Part shown: in pieces, positions 1 to 9,455 of the stretch
How positions within the stretch are numbered: the stretch's first letter is position 1
How the letters are laid out: each line of letters opens with the position of its first letter
From: an uncultured Bacteroidales bacterium
Lineage (GTDB): Bacteria; Bacteroidota; Bacteroidia; Bacteroidales; UBA10428
DNA length: 64,000 bases
Reading direction: 5' to 3'
NCBI GenBank assembly: GCA_964406315.1
Contig: CAYORG010000005.1
Span: 20,802 to 84,801 of the forward strand
Position numbers and translations under genes: made by a program
Notes under the pieces: generated by a model
What the model was told of the DNA's origin: nothing
The model's database searches: none
What the model saw: the letters and a program-made list of their open reading frames with translations, nothing else

Positions 1-134
1 AAGGTTTTTGTGGTTTTCATGTTTCAGAATTTGGATGTATTTAACATTTTGTGTACGATTAAACCAATTTCTTCTATAAAAGATTGATTAATAGCATATA
101 AGCTTAAAATATCAGTCGTTATTTGGTAATTTCA

Positions 135-3100
135 TCATATTCTGATCCCAATAACCAGAATGTCGTCTACCTGTTCATTTATACCCTTCCAGTCTTCAAT
201 TGTTTCATTTAGTTTCATTTTTTGTTCCGACATGGATAAATTATTGATTTCCAGTAACAATTCCCGGAAGTTTGAGGATTTGAATTTTTTTCCTTCGGAT
301 CCTCCGAATTGATCTGCGTATCCGTCAGAAAACATGTACAGACAATCGCCTTTGATTATATTGATCTTATGAGTAGTAAATTCAGATATTTTTGCCTGGT
401 GATAACCCACCGGCATTTTATCCCCTTTGTATACAATAATTTCACTCTGGCGAATCAGCACAAGAGGATTATAAGCCCCGGCAAATTGCAATCTTTTGTT
501 TTGAAAGTCAATAATGCACAATGAAAGATCCATTCCGTCTTTCGCATCTTCATCTTTTCCTGTTTGCCATAGGGTAGTGGTTAAATGTTTTCTCAGTGTA
601 TCCAGTATTTGCCCGGCATCATAGTTATTCGAAGGATCAGCTACTTCATTTAGTATGGAAATGCCCAACATACTCATAAAAGCACCGGGTACGCCATGTC
701 CAGTGCAATCTGCCGCCACAACAATTGTCTTGTTTTTATACCCGTCAATCCAGTAGAAATCGCCACTTACTATATCTCTTGGTTTGTAAAGAATAAAATA
801 GTCTTTCAACAGTTTGTCTATGTATTCATTGTTTGGCAATACGGCAGACTGGATTTTTTCTGCATACACTATACTGTCTGTAATTTCTTTCTTTTGCAGG
901 GCAATCTGGTCTCTTTGCTTTTCTACTTCAATCGTTCTTTCCTTCACCTTTTGTGCCAGAACTTCCCTGTCGTGCCTGAGTTTTCGTTCCCTGTAGCGGA
1001 TGATCAGGATAAAAAGACTTATTCCGAGAATTGCTTCGATAGCATAGAACCACCAGGTTTTGTAAAAAGGAGGCCTGATTTCGAAACTGAAAGAAGCAGG
1101 CTCTTTGTTCCAGACTCCGTCGCAATTTGAAGCAATGACCTGAAAAGTGTACTTTCCGGGAGGTATTTTTCGGTAAGGTGGAGTTTGAATTTCAGTTGTG
1201 GGTTCAGACCAATAGTTGTCGTAACCTTCAAGTTTATATATGTATCGGTTCTTTTCAACGATTGTATAATGTAAACCTACATAACTGAATACGAGATTGT
1301 TTTTGTTGTATTTCAGTTCCAGGTTAACGGGTAATTGGTGTATACTGTCTTTGCCCGTAGCAAATTTCACTAAGGATGTGGTATCGTTGTACAGATTCAC
1401 TCCGGTAATATATACCAGGGGAGGATCGTTCCTGGTAATATCATTCTGTGGCATATATTTGACTACTCCACCCGCCGTACCAAACCAAATACTGCTATCT
1501 ATCGATTGGGTCACAGCTCCCAGGGAAGTCTCTACCGGCAGGAAGCCCTCCAAGGGACCATAATGTTCCATTGAAAAATCACCCGGACTAATCCTGTCCA
1601 ATCCGTTGTTATGTCCTGCCCAGATATATCCTTTTTCATCAATAGTAATGAGAAAGATATTTTCCGAGAACAAACCATCTTCTTTTAAAATGTTCCTGCA
1701 ATCAATTGACCAGTCTGTGTTTAACCTGATCCTTGAAATACCTTTATCAGTAGCAACCCAGGCAAAACCTTTTTTATCAAATGTTATATCGTGGCAATAA
1801 TTGATGGTCATACCGTCGGAAGTATCGTAATTGTGGAAGAGTTTGCCATCAAATATGGAGAGTCCGTTAATAGTGGCGCACCATATATTTTTATTACTGT
1901 CTATTTCAATACTCCAGATATAGTCATCAGCCAAACCGTCTGACATATTAAACAGTTGATAACGACTTTTACTGTAATTGATCAGTCCTTTACCGGAAGC
2001 ACAAAACAATTGACTATTCCACTTTTCTATATCCCAGGCAGGATACGGGAAATCTCCGGAGAAAACAGAATCTGCATACAGGTAAAAGTTTTTTCCGTTA
2101 AAGAGTGTTAATCCCTCGAAAGTACCGAGCCATATTTCTGATTCAGTAACGGGAAAAATGGAATGCACCGAAGCATTAGATCCCTTCAAACCATTTGCCG
2201 TATTGTATTTTTTTATGATTTTATCGTTTTCTATAATATTCAATCCACTGTAACTGCCTGCATAGATAGTATTTTCATATGACGCAATACTCTGGATGTT
2301 TTTGTCCTCATCCACAAATCCTTCATTGTAAATATGGAATACGATTTTCCCGTATTTGGATAGCCCGTTCCATGTAGTTATCCAGATATTTCCGTTTTCA
2401 TCTTCAAAAAGCTTGGTAGGGCGGTTATGTATCAGATTATTGCTTTCATCTATTCGTTGTAATTTCTCATTTTCTACCAATACCAGTCCGTTTTCATGTG
2501 TTCTTAACCAGATCCTGTTTCTTTTATCTACAAGAATTTGCCGGATAATAAAATCTTTTATATCCTGAGTCCAACTGGTTTTTATTGTGTCGTTCTCAAT
2601 TAAATATAATCCCCCGGGAAATGATGTACCTATAAGTAATTTATTTTTGCTCAACGGTTGCACCGTAATTGAAATATCGCTTTTTAACCCGGTTGAATGA
2701 TTGAATTGTTTTGTTAGCTTATTGTTTTCAATATGCAAAACTCCTTTTTCCTGCGTAGCAAACCAGTACGATCCGGGTTTATCTTCTTTGATATCCCTAA
2801 CGATCAGATTTTTCAGATCAGGTTGTTTATAGATATGAAGTTCCGTATCATAATAGTAAATGCCTTCCATTGTAGTAAGCCAAACCGTTCCGTCAAAGGC
2901 AACATATGTACACAGTATTTCACTTACTATGGGACTATTTGTTTCGTTATAGCTCATGATCGTATCAGGCATGATGATGGAAAAGCCATTGTCTGAAATG
3001 TACCAGATATTTTTCTTTTTATCTTCAAATACTTTAATGGAAATATTAGAAACAAGGCCTCCGGACTGATCTATCACATGAATCTTATTGTTTTTCATAT

Positions 3101-3407
3101 AACCAAGTCCGCCGCTTTCTGTGAAAAACCATATCCTGTTTTTACTGTCAACATAGATGTCCAGTATATAGTTATCAGGCAAACCATCGTTTATTGTATA
3201 AGTTTTAAACCGGTAACCGTCAAATTTCACTGCTCCAACCTGAGTTGCAAGCCAGAGATAACCCAGATGATCCTGCTCAATATCAAAAATTGAGTTCGAT
3301 GGTAAACCATTCTTAACAGTGTAGTTTTGAAAAGGAATAATCTGAGTACTTGCGCTGAGAAAACAAAATAACGCAGACAGGAAGATTATGTACCGTTTTA
3401 AGAACAT
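135..3407 (-). CDS. Sensor protein: periplasmic two-component-regulator beta-propeller repeats + Y_Y_Y-like domain, one TM helix, cytoplasmic PP2C/SpoIIE-type phosphatase
   Basis: 1090-aa ORF with a signal peptide (MFLKRYIIFLSALFCFLSASTQ). About 700 aa of recurring propeller-blade units (W/F-x-x-T-x-x-G-L/V). Y_Y_Y-like segment YIYKLEGYDNYWSEP. TM helix WWFYAIEAILGISLFILII, then a coiled coil. SpoIIE/PP2C motifs SGDFYW, AADCTGHGVPGAFMSMLG, DGMDLSLC and FSDGYADQFGG. Assignment by motif recall. Confidence 0.8.
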   Translation of the reverse strand: MFLKRYIIFLSALFCFLSASTQIIPFQNYTVKNGLPSNSIFDIEQDHLGYLWLATQVGAVKFDGYRFKTYTINDGLPDNYILDIYVDSKNRIWFFTESGGLGYMKNNKIHVIDQSGGLVSNISIKVFEDKKKNIWYISDNGFSIIMPDTIMSYNETNSPIVSEILCTYVAFDGTVWLTTMEGIYYYDTELHIYKQPDLKNLIVRDIKEDKPGSYWFATQEKGVLHIENNKLTKQFNHSTGLKSDISITVQPLSKNKLLIGTSFPGGLYLIENDTIKTSWTQDIKDFIIRQILVDKRNRIWLRTHENGLVLVENEKLQRIDESNNLIHNRPTKLFEDENGNIWITTWNGLSKYGKIVFHIYNEGFVDEDKNIQSIASYENTIYAGSYSGLNIIENDKIIKKYNTANGLKGSNASVHSIFPVTESEIWLGTFEGLTLFNGKNFYLYADSVFSGDFPYPAWDIEKWNSQLFCASGKGLINYSKSRYQLFNMSDGLADDYIWSIEIDSNKNIWCATINGLSIFDGKLFHNYDTSDGMTINYCHDITFDKKGFAWVATDKGISRIRLNTDWSIDCRNILKEDGLFSENIFLITIDEKGYIWAGHNNGLDRISPGDFSMEHYGPLEGFLPVETSLGAVTQSIDSSIWFGTAGGVVKYMPQNDITRNDPPLVYITGVNLYNDTTSLVKFATGKDSIHQLPVNLELKYNKNNLVFSYVGLHYTIVEKNRYIYKLEGYDNYWSEPTTEIQTPPYRKIPPGKYTFQVIASNCDGVWNKEPASFSFEIRPPFYKTWWFYAIEAILGISLFILIIRYRERKLRHDREVLAQKVKERTIEVEKQRDQIALQKKEITDSIVYAEKIQSAVLPNNEYIDKLLKDYFILYKPRDIVSGDFYWIDGYKNKTIVVAADCTGHGVPGAFMSMLGISILNEVADPSNNYDAGQILDTLRKHLTTTLWQTGKDEDAKDGMDLSLCIIDFQNKRLQFAGAYNPLVLIRQSEIIVYKGDKMPVGYHQAKISEFTTHKINIIKGDCLYMFSDGYADQFGGSEGKKFKSSNFRELLLEINNLSMSEQKMKLNETIEDWKGINEQVDDILVIGIRI

Positions 3408-3481
3408 ACATCATGGCTTTGAATAGTAAAGATAAGAAAGGATGCTGTTTAATCAGGTAAGAGTTTCCAACATTTCACAAT

Positions 3482-3508
3482 AAAAAAATCCTGCCCGGGA
3501 GGGCAGGA
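3482..3508 (-). terminator. Rho-independent terminator downstream of the serine-hydrolase gene
   Basis: 8-bp GC-rich stem tcctgccc/gggcagga (3489-3496 / 3501-3508) with loop ggga. On the minus strand it is followed by a 7-nt U-run (A-run 3482-3488). It lies about 30 nt after the stop at 3537. Confidence 0.7.
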
Positions 3509-3536
3509 CTTTCAATACTGTCAAAATGGGATTTCC

Positions 3537-4859
3537 TTATCTGTATGCGTAGGTTTCTTGTGTTGATTCTATTGATTCCGGATTGAACAGGTCATATTCA
3601 GGCCATTCGTCAACACTTCTGAGGGCTCTGAACATAGTGCGTGAAAGCTCGTTATGTATTCTTGATCTTTTTTTGGGAGTAGTGTTCATGAGCACCACCC
3701 AGTTAATTCCATTCGCATGTCTCATTACCAGGGCAGTTGTACCCGAAAGGGTTCCGGTTCTCCACCAGGTACCATAACCGTCTGATCCTCTCCACCCAAT
3801 AAGTTTGCGTGTGTGAGTTTTGGATTTTGTCATGTATTGAATACTTCTTTTTGAAAGAATATCCGGTCTGCTTTCAAAGCCATCTATTGCCACCAGTAGC
3901 TTAGCCAATTCCGGTGCCGAAGCTACCCAACCACCTGCTGCACCGAGAAGTTCTATGTGATTGCCGCCATATTCCACAGGCACCAGATCACCTGAGCCAT
4001 TGTATGACCATATCAACGAATTATCGGGTAAATCGTAATAGCGTACCTCGTAAGGATATCTCTCATCATAGAAGCTTTTGCCAATATGCATATCATAAAT
4101 TCCCAGGGGATGCAAAATTGCAAACTGCACATATTCTTCATACTTCATACCGGTAACTTTCTTAATGATCTCTCCAAGTATGGAATAACCTAGATTAGAA
4201 TAGCTATACTTTTTGCCAGGTGTATAATCAAGTGGCTTATTCAATGCATATTCAATGATTACAGGCATATCGGCAGGAGGTGGAACATCCATTACATGTG
4301 CAACATAAAGGGAATTAAACACAGGATCAGCTTTTTTACCATTCCATCCTGCTGTGTGATTTAAAAGATTATGAACCGTGATAAGTTCATATCTTTTATC
4401 CTGGTAATTCAGATAGACAGGATCGTTTAATAGTCCGTCCGGTCCAAATACTTTGGAATTTATATCCAGCTTTTCATCTTCAACCAGCTTCATGATTGCA
4501 ACAGCTGTAATAAGCTTTGAAACACTGGCAATTCTGAATAAATTTCGTGGTGTCACAGAATCTGCTATTTCACTGTCAGACAACCCAAATCCTTTAGAAT
4601 ATACCAGTTTACCCTTATTTGTGATAGCCAAAGACGCTCCGACAATTTCATTTCTTGTCATAAAATCAGCAAAAATACTGTCCACATTGTGAGTTTCAGG
4701 CAAGTCAGAATATGAATTGGTGATCTTATATGACAAAGGAGTATTGCCGGGCTTTGCATAGGTTTTGTCACTTTCCATTTTGAAAGAAAAAGTAATTGCT
4801 ATTTCTCCCAGAAAGAAAAGTAAAAACAATGCTATAGTTAAAAATACTTTTGGTCTCAT
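3537..4859 (-). CDS. Serine hydrolase, class-C beta-lactamase / penicillin-binding-protein-like family
   Basis: 440-aa ORF with an N-terminal hydrophobic anchor. SxxK motif in FRIASVSKLITAVAIM, YxN motif in YSYSNLGYSILG, and a late RTG triad-like motif (WWRTGTLSGT). Confidence 0.8.
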   Translation of the reverse strand: MRPKVFLTIALFLLFFLGEIAITFSFKMESDKTYAKPGNTPLSYKITNSYSDLPETHNVDSIFADFMTRNEIVGASLAITNKGKLVYSKGFGLSDSEIADSVTPRNLFRIASVSKLITAVAIMKLVEDEKLDINSKVFGPDGLLNDPVYLNYQDKRYELITVHNLLNHTAGWNGKKADPVFNSLYVAHVMDVPPPADMPVIIEYALNKPLDYTPGKKYSYSNLGYSILGEIIKKVTGMKYEEYVQFAILHPLGIYDMHIGKSFYDERYPYEVRYYDLPDNSLIWSYNGSGDLVPVEYGGNHIELLGAAGGWVASAPELAKLLVAIDGFESRPDILSKRSIQYMTKSKTHTRKLIGWRGSDGYGTWWRTGTLSGTTALVMRHANGINWVVLMNTTPKKRSRIHNELSRTMFRALRSVDEWPEYDLFNPESIESTQETYAYR

Positions 4860-5295
4860 ATATCAGTCATTTCGTACTTGAAAACTATTTACACATGCTT
4901 TTCGCATTAGTAAACATTTACTTTTCATTTTTTTTATTCACACGCTTTTTAAACAAATAATATTTTTGCTTTTTATCAATTACCACGCCAAAAGACATTT
5001 ATTACCCAATATATATGTTGATTGTTTGATTAAATACCAGTTTCTTTCCACAAACGCGTTAAAAATATAACCTCCCCAATTCAAGGTCCAAATTTAGTCC
5101 TTTTCGGGCATATTCATCATGTTATTTTTTCAACATAACTGATTATTATTGTTAATAACTGTTTTTTGTTGATGAAAGGAAAATAGATCTTTTTATCGCA
5201 TGTAAGTTATTTTAGACTGAATTTCCTTTCGATTATCCTTATTTTGTATATAAACAAACAAGGTTTTTATTTGTTTAAAGAGTAAAACAAATAAG

Positions 5296-5811
5296 ATGCG
5301 AATACCAATTATTATTTCCTTGTTTTTTCTTCCGATTGTTTGTTGTACATCAAACGGACAGGTTGAAAAAACAAAGCAAAAAGAAACAAGATCTATGTAT
5401 AAGATTGAAAAAAGTGATCAGCAATGGCAGCAGGAGTTGTCTTCCGAAGAATATAAGATATTAAGACAATGTGGTACAGAAGCTCCTGGTACCGGAAAAT
5501 ATTATCATTTCTTTGAAGAAGGAACATATTTATGTGCTGCCTGCGGAAATGAATTGTTCGATTCTGATACAAAATACTCTTCAGGATCAGGATGGCCAAG
5601 CTTCTACGATGTTATTTCTAAAAGTCATGTTGTATTGATTGAAGATACCAGTCATGGTATGCTACGAACTGAGATAAGGTGTGCGAATTGTGGAGGTCAC
5701 CTGGGACATGTTTTTAAAGACGGACCTGAACCTACGGGATTAAGGTATTGTATCAATTCTATTGCGTTAAAATTTAAGGATAATAAAGAACAGGAATCCA
5801 AAAAAGAATAG
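5296..5811 (+). CDS. msrB: Peptide-methionine (R)-S-oxide reductase MsrB, with N-terminal export/lipoprotein-like signal
   Basis: Two zinc CxxC pairs ([21 protein letters not shown]), GWPSF, and the catalytic RYCINS motif. There is an extra ~40-aa N-terminus, [21 protein letters not shown], that looks like a signal peptide with Cys. Confidence 0.9.
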   Translation: MRIPIIISLFFLPIVCCTSNGQVEKTKQKETRSMYKIEKSDQQWQQELSSEEYKILRQCGTEAPGTGKYYHFFEEGTYLCAACGNELFDSDTKYSSGSGWPSFYDVISKSHVVLIEDTSHGMLRTEIRCANCGGHLGHVFKDGPEPTGLRYCINSIALKFKDNKEQESKKE

Positions 5812-5822
5812 TTAAGGGAAAA

Positions 5823-5877
5823 AAGTTGTCTGAAAAGTAGAAAAACTGAAGGCACACTAATACTTTTCAGATAACTT
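5823..5877. terminator. Long hairpin between convergent msrB and the redoxin gene (candidate bidirectional terminator)
   Basis: 17-nt arms aagttgtctgaaaagta (5823-5839) and tacttttcagataactt (5861-5877), complementary with one G-U pair, around a 21-nt loop. An A6 run precedes it, which gives a U-run on the minus strand. Confidence 0.5.
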
Positions 5878-5893
5878 CTTTGTACCTGTTGAA

Positions 5894-6496
5894 CTAGTTT
5901 TTAACCTTTATCGTACATCCAATTGCTTTTGTGAAGGCAGGATCAGGTTCTTTGTCTGCTATCAGGGCGTCCAGTGCATCAGTTAAATAGGTTTGTTTAA
6001 CAGCAGAGGGATCTTCATAATTGTCGTCAATAGTACCGATATATTTTACAATGTATTCTTCTGAGGTATTTTTCTTTAAAAGAAATACGTGCGGCGTACG
6101 CGTTGCCCCGTATTGTTTAAAAACCACCTGTTTTTCATCAAACAAATAGGGAAAAGGGTATTCTTTTTCTTTTGCTCTTTTTTGCATTTCCTTATACGAA
6201 TCTTCCGGAACTATTTCCGGATCGTTCGGATTAATTGCAATGACCGGATAACCTTTCATTTTGTATTTTTTATCAATAGCAATTAATCTGTCCTGGTAGG
6301 CTTTGGCAAAAGGACAATGGTTGCAGGTGAATACAACAACAAATCCTTTGGCATCAGGAAAATCGGAAAGACTGACCATAGAGCCGTCCACATTTCTTAA
6401 TTTGAAATCAGATGCTTTATCACCAACCGAATATCCTTCTCCGGCCGGTAGGGTTAAGACATTAAAAATCAGAATCAGGGAAAATAGTGTTTTCAT
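5894..6496 (-). CDS. Exported thioredoxin-fold protein (AhpC/TSA-redoxin family), CxxC active site
   Basis: CNHCPF motif in VVVFTCNHCPFAKAY. I moved the start to the internal ATG (MKTLFSLILIFNVLTLPA, a signal peptide) at 6496. The ORF-track start at 6526 would overlap the upstream gene. Confidence 0.75.
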   Translation of the reverse strand: MKTLFSLILIFNVLTLPAGEGYSVGDKASDFKLRNVDGSMVSLSDFPDAKGFVVVFTCNHCPFAKAYQDRLIAIDKKYKMKGYPVIAINPNDPEIVPEDSYKEMQKRAKEKEYPFPYLFDEKQVVFKQYGATRTPHVFLLKKNTSEEYIVKYIGTIDDNYEDPSAVKQTYLTDALDALIADKEPDPAFTKAIGCTIKVKN

Positions 6497-6506
6497 ATTA
6501 TTATTT

Positions 6507-7001
6507 TTAAAGATTAGACAATTCATTTACAGTTTTATGAATTAATTCATAACTGAGTTCCATTTCGAAGAATTTTTTCTCAGATTTATTATAGATAACG
6601 GTGGCTGGGAGTGATCCGGACCATGAAGGGTCGACTTTATCTATCCATGCATTGCTGTCTGGATCGTGCAACAGCAGAACTTCTGCAGTAATTCCATTTT
6701 TGTGTAAAAAGGGCAGCAGACTGTTATCAATTCTGGAAGGTGAATCAAGGCTTACAAGCAACACCTTTATCTTTTTGCTTTGATTTTCTTTGTGGATCTT
6801 TTCAAATTCAGGCAATTCTTTCCTGCATGGAATACACCAGGTAGCCCAGAAATTGATCACATAAACAGTGTCATTGCTGAAATTCAAATAAGGTTCGAAT
6901 TCGTTGAAATTAAGAACATGAATATTCTGTTTATCTTTTGCAGAAATAGCATGTGATACAAAAGCTAAAGCAATCGCCACTATTATATATCTGAAACTCA
7001 T
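6507..7001 (-). CDS. Exported TlpA-like thiol:disulfide oxidoreductase
   Basis: Signal peptide MSFRYIIVAIALAFVSHAISA. Thioredoxin motif FWATWCIPCRKELPEF. Confidence 0.8.
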   Translation of the reverse strand: MSFRYIIVAIALAFVSHAISAKDKQNIHVLNFNEFEPYLNFSNDTVYVINFWATWCIPCRKELPEFEKIHKENQSKKIKVLLVSLDSPSRIDNSLLPFLHKNGITAEVLLLHDPDSNAWIDKVDPSWSGSLPATVIYNKSEKKFFEMELSYELIHKTVNELSNL

Positions 7002-7074
7002 TGGTATAATTTTAATTCAGAGATTTTCTCATTACTTTAGTTACTATAACAATTGACTTACTTTAAAGTTTGGT

Positions 7075-8133
7075 ATGAAAGTGAAATATGATCAATTAAG
7101 AAGCTTAAGAAGCTTCGCAAGTGACAACAATTCAGGCATTTCGCCAGAAGTATTAAACAAAATTAAAAAATTGAACCCGGGACATGTAGTGGGTTATGGT
7201 GATGATGAATACACTGCAAAAGCCGTGGAAATACTGAAAGATAACTTTGGACCAGGTTCTTTTCCATACCTGGTTTTTACAGGGACAGGAGCAAATGTAC
7301 TTGGCATTGCGGCTGCCCTTAAACCATTTCATTCAGTGATTTGTGCAGAAACCTCACATATTTATGTTGATGAATGTGGTGCAGTTGAACGATTTACAGG
7401 ATGCAAACTGATTCCTGTCGAGACACCTGATGGTAAGTTAGTCCCTGAAATGTTGAAAAAACATATGGTGGGATTCAATTTTGAGCACCATTCTCAACCC
7501 GGAATAATTTCCATTTCACAGGCTTCTGAAATGGGTACGGTTTATACAATTGATGAAATTAAGGATCTGGTGGATTTTGCCCATAGCTATGGTCTGTTAT
7601 TGCATATGGATGGGGCGCGTCTATCGAATGCTGCAGTTACTTTAAAAAGAAGTTTCAAAGAAATGACTTCAGATACCGGAGTGGATATTCTCTCATTTGG
7701 AGGTACTAAAAATGGACTTATGGCAGCAGAATCGGTTATATTCTTTAAGGAAGCACTAACCGGCGAATTTAAATACATACGCAAACAGGCGATGCAATTG
7801 TCCTCTAAAATGAGATTTATTGCAGCACAGTTTATCGCTTTTTTTGAAAATGAATTATGGAAACGAAATGCTCAGAATGCCAACCTTATGGCCCAAAAAC
7901 TTTATGCTGCTGTTAAAGTTATTCCCGGAATAAAGGTAACACAGAAAGTTGAAGCAAACGGAGTTTTTGCCATTGTACCAAAACCTGCAATTCCCTTGCT
8001 TCAAAAGGAATTCTTTTTTTATCCATGGAATGCAGATACAGGAGAGGTACGATGGATGACTTCATTTGATACCAGGGAAGAGGACATTGTGAAGTTTACT
8101 GTAAGAATAAAAGAAATTTTATCGGGATTATAG
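7075..8133 (+). CDS. Threonine aldolase family PLP enzyme (beta-eliminating lyase fold)
   Basis: 352 aa. FASDNNSGISPEV N-terminus, HMDGARLSNA, and a PLP-lysine region LSFGGTKNG, typical of low-specificity threonine aldolases. Confidence 0.7.
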   Translation: MKVKYDQLRSLRSFASDNNSGISPEVLNKIKKLNPGHVVGYGDDEYTAKAVEILKDNFGPGSFPYLVFTGTGANVLGIAAALKPFHSVICAETSHIYVDECGAVERFTGCKLIPVETPDGKLVPEMLKKHMVGFNFEHHSQPGIISISQASEMGTVYTIDEIKDLVDFAHSYGLLLHMDGARLSNAAVTLKRSFKEMTSDTGVDILSFGGTKNGLMAAESVIFFKEALTGEFKYIRKQAMQLSSKMRFIAAQFIAFFENELWKRNAQNANLMAQKLYAAVKVIPGIKVTQKVEANGVFAIVPKPAIPLLQKEFFFYPWNADTGEVRWMTSFDTREEDIVKFTVRIKEILSGL

Positions 8134-8167
8134 AAATATGAGGCACTAACATTCGATGGAAAGGAAC

Positions 8168-9403
8168 TCAGGTATTCGGGATTTCAGCAGATTTCTTTTT
8201 CCAGAGGATGGAACTATCTCCGTAACTAAGAAAACGAAAATTATGTTCCAATGCATATTGGTATACCCTTGACCAGTCGTCACCAATGAATGCTGCTACC
8301 AACAACAATAAGGTACTGCAGGGCTGATGAAAATTTGTTATCAGTGCATCAGCAACTTTAAAGTCATATCCTGGTATGATCATTATTCCTGTTTCACCTT
8401 CCAGCGAATTGAGCTTTTCTTTTTCCAGCATTTTAATGAGATTTTCAAATACAGTCTGATTGGAATAATTTTCAGGGAGGGATCTGTAGTCCCACTGTTC
8501 AAGTTTAAAGCACAATTCTTGATTGACTATACTTTTAACGCCGAGCCAGTAAAGACTTTCCAGGGTCCGAAGTGTGGTGGTGCCAGTTGCAATAACCGTT
8601 CTGTCTGATTTTGAAAGCATTCTCAGTGATTGTATAGTGACAGAAAATACTTCATTGTGCATAATATGATCTGATGCATCATTTGTTTTTACAGGCTGGA
8701 ATGTTCCTGCAGCAACATGCAGAGTAATCTCTTCCGGGGTAAAATTCTTTTTTCTCAGCTTGTTCAGAACATTTCGAGTGAAATGCAGACCTGCTGTAGG
8801 TGCTGCTACCGAACCCTTTACAATAGAATAAACAGTCTGGTATCGATCTTTATCAATCGTTTCAGAATTACGATTCAGGTATGGAGGTATGGGAATTACA
8901 CCTAAGAAATCCAGAATTTCCCCAAAGGAGAAATTTCCGTTCCAGAAAAACCTAACTATAGTGTACCCTTTTTGAAGTTTGATTTTTTCAGCAGTTAATA
9001 CATAATTTTTATTACCCATACTAAATTCAAGCTGAAGAGGTTCGTCTTTCCATTTCTTCAGATTGCCTACAATACAAGTCCAGGCACACGAATCAGTTCT
9101 TGAAAAGGACAATTGATAATCAACAGGATCATAGGGGGTTAAACAGAATATCTCAATATTTGCACCTGTTTTCTTTGTGAACTTCAGGCGGGCATGAATT
9201 ACACGGGTGTCATTTATATAAAGTTGACATTTTAGGGGAAAAAGATCTGGGAGATATTTAAATTTTGATTCAGAAATTTGTCCGTTCTTATACACGAGCA
9301 ATTTTGATTCATCTCTTTTAGCAAGAGGATATTTCGCTATCCGATCTCCAGGCAAGTTGTAATTGTAATCATTAATAGATATTTTCTCAACCGGGATCAT
9401 CAT
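8168..9403 (-). CDS. queA: S-adenosylmethionine:tRNA ribosyltransferase-isomerase
   Basis: MMIPVEKISINDYNYNLPGDRIAKYPL, IPIPPYLNR, APTAGLHFT, GTTTLRTLES, ITNFHQPCSTLLLLVAAF and LSYGDS are QueA hallmarks. I placed the start at the ATG at 9403; the 83-codon upstream extension in the ORF track has no QueA-like sequence and overlaps the divergent gene. Confidence 0.9.
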   Translation of the reverse strand: MMIPVEKISINDYNYNLPGDRIAKYPLAKRDESKLLVYKNGQISESKFKYLPDLFPLKCQLYINDTRVIHARLKFTKKTGANIEIFCLTPYDPVDYQLSFSRTDSCAWTCIVGNLKKWKDEPLQLEFSMGNKNYVLTAEKIKLQKGYTIVRFFWNGNFSFGEILDFLGVIPIPPYLNRNSETIDKDRYQTVYSIVKGSVAAPTAGLHFTRNVLNKLRKKNFTPEEITLHVAAGTFQPVKTNDASDHIMHNEVFSVTIQSLRMLSKSDRTVIATGTTTLRTLESLYWLGVKSIVNQELCFKLEQWDYRSLPENYSNQTVFENLIKMLEKEKLNSLEGETGIMIIPGYDFKVADALITNFHQPCSTLLLLVAAFIGDDWSRVYQYALEHNFRFLSYGDSSILWKKKSAEIPNT

Positions 9404-9429
9404 AAGTATGCTTTTGCGCCAAAAATAGC

Positions 9430-9437
9430 TAATTTTG
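9430..9437 (+). promoter_or_regulatory. Candidate Bacteroidota -7 promoter element (TAnnTTTG)
   Basis: TAATTTTG lies 19 bp upstream of the ATG at 9456, inside the 52-bp divergent spacer between queA and the Smr gene. It matches the published Bacteroides -7 consensus. Single-site match only. Confidence 0.3.
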
Positions 9438-9455
9438 CAGCGAAAATAACAGGCG

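Noticed and set aside
1-134. Possible minus-strand gene start (ATG at 18-20, MKTTKT...) running off the left edge
   Set aside because: Only about 6 codons are visible, so a feature call cannot be supported.
696-1130. Long antisense ORFs inside confidently assigned genes (also 26220-26702 in araA, 36095-36574 in the hybrid kinase and 28313-28792 in the PAS protein)
   Set aside because: All are Phe/Leu/Ser/Cys-rich with no motifs. They sit opposite genes with strong family signatures, which is typical of antisense frames opposite Lys/Glu/Asn-rich coding sequence.
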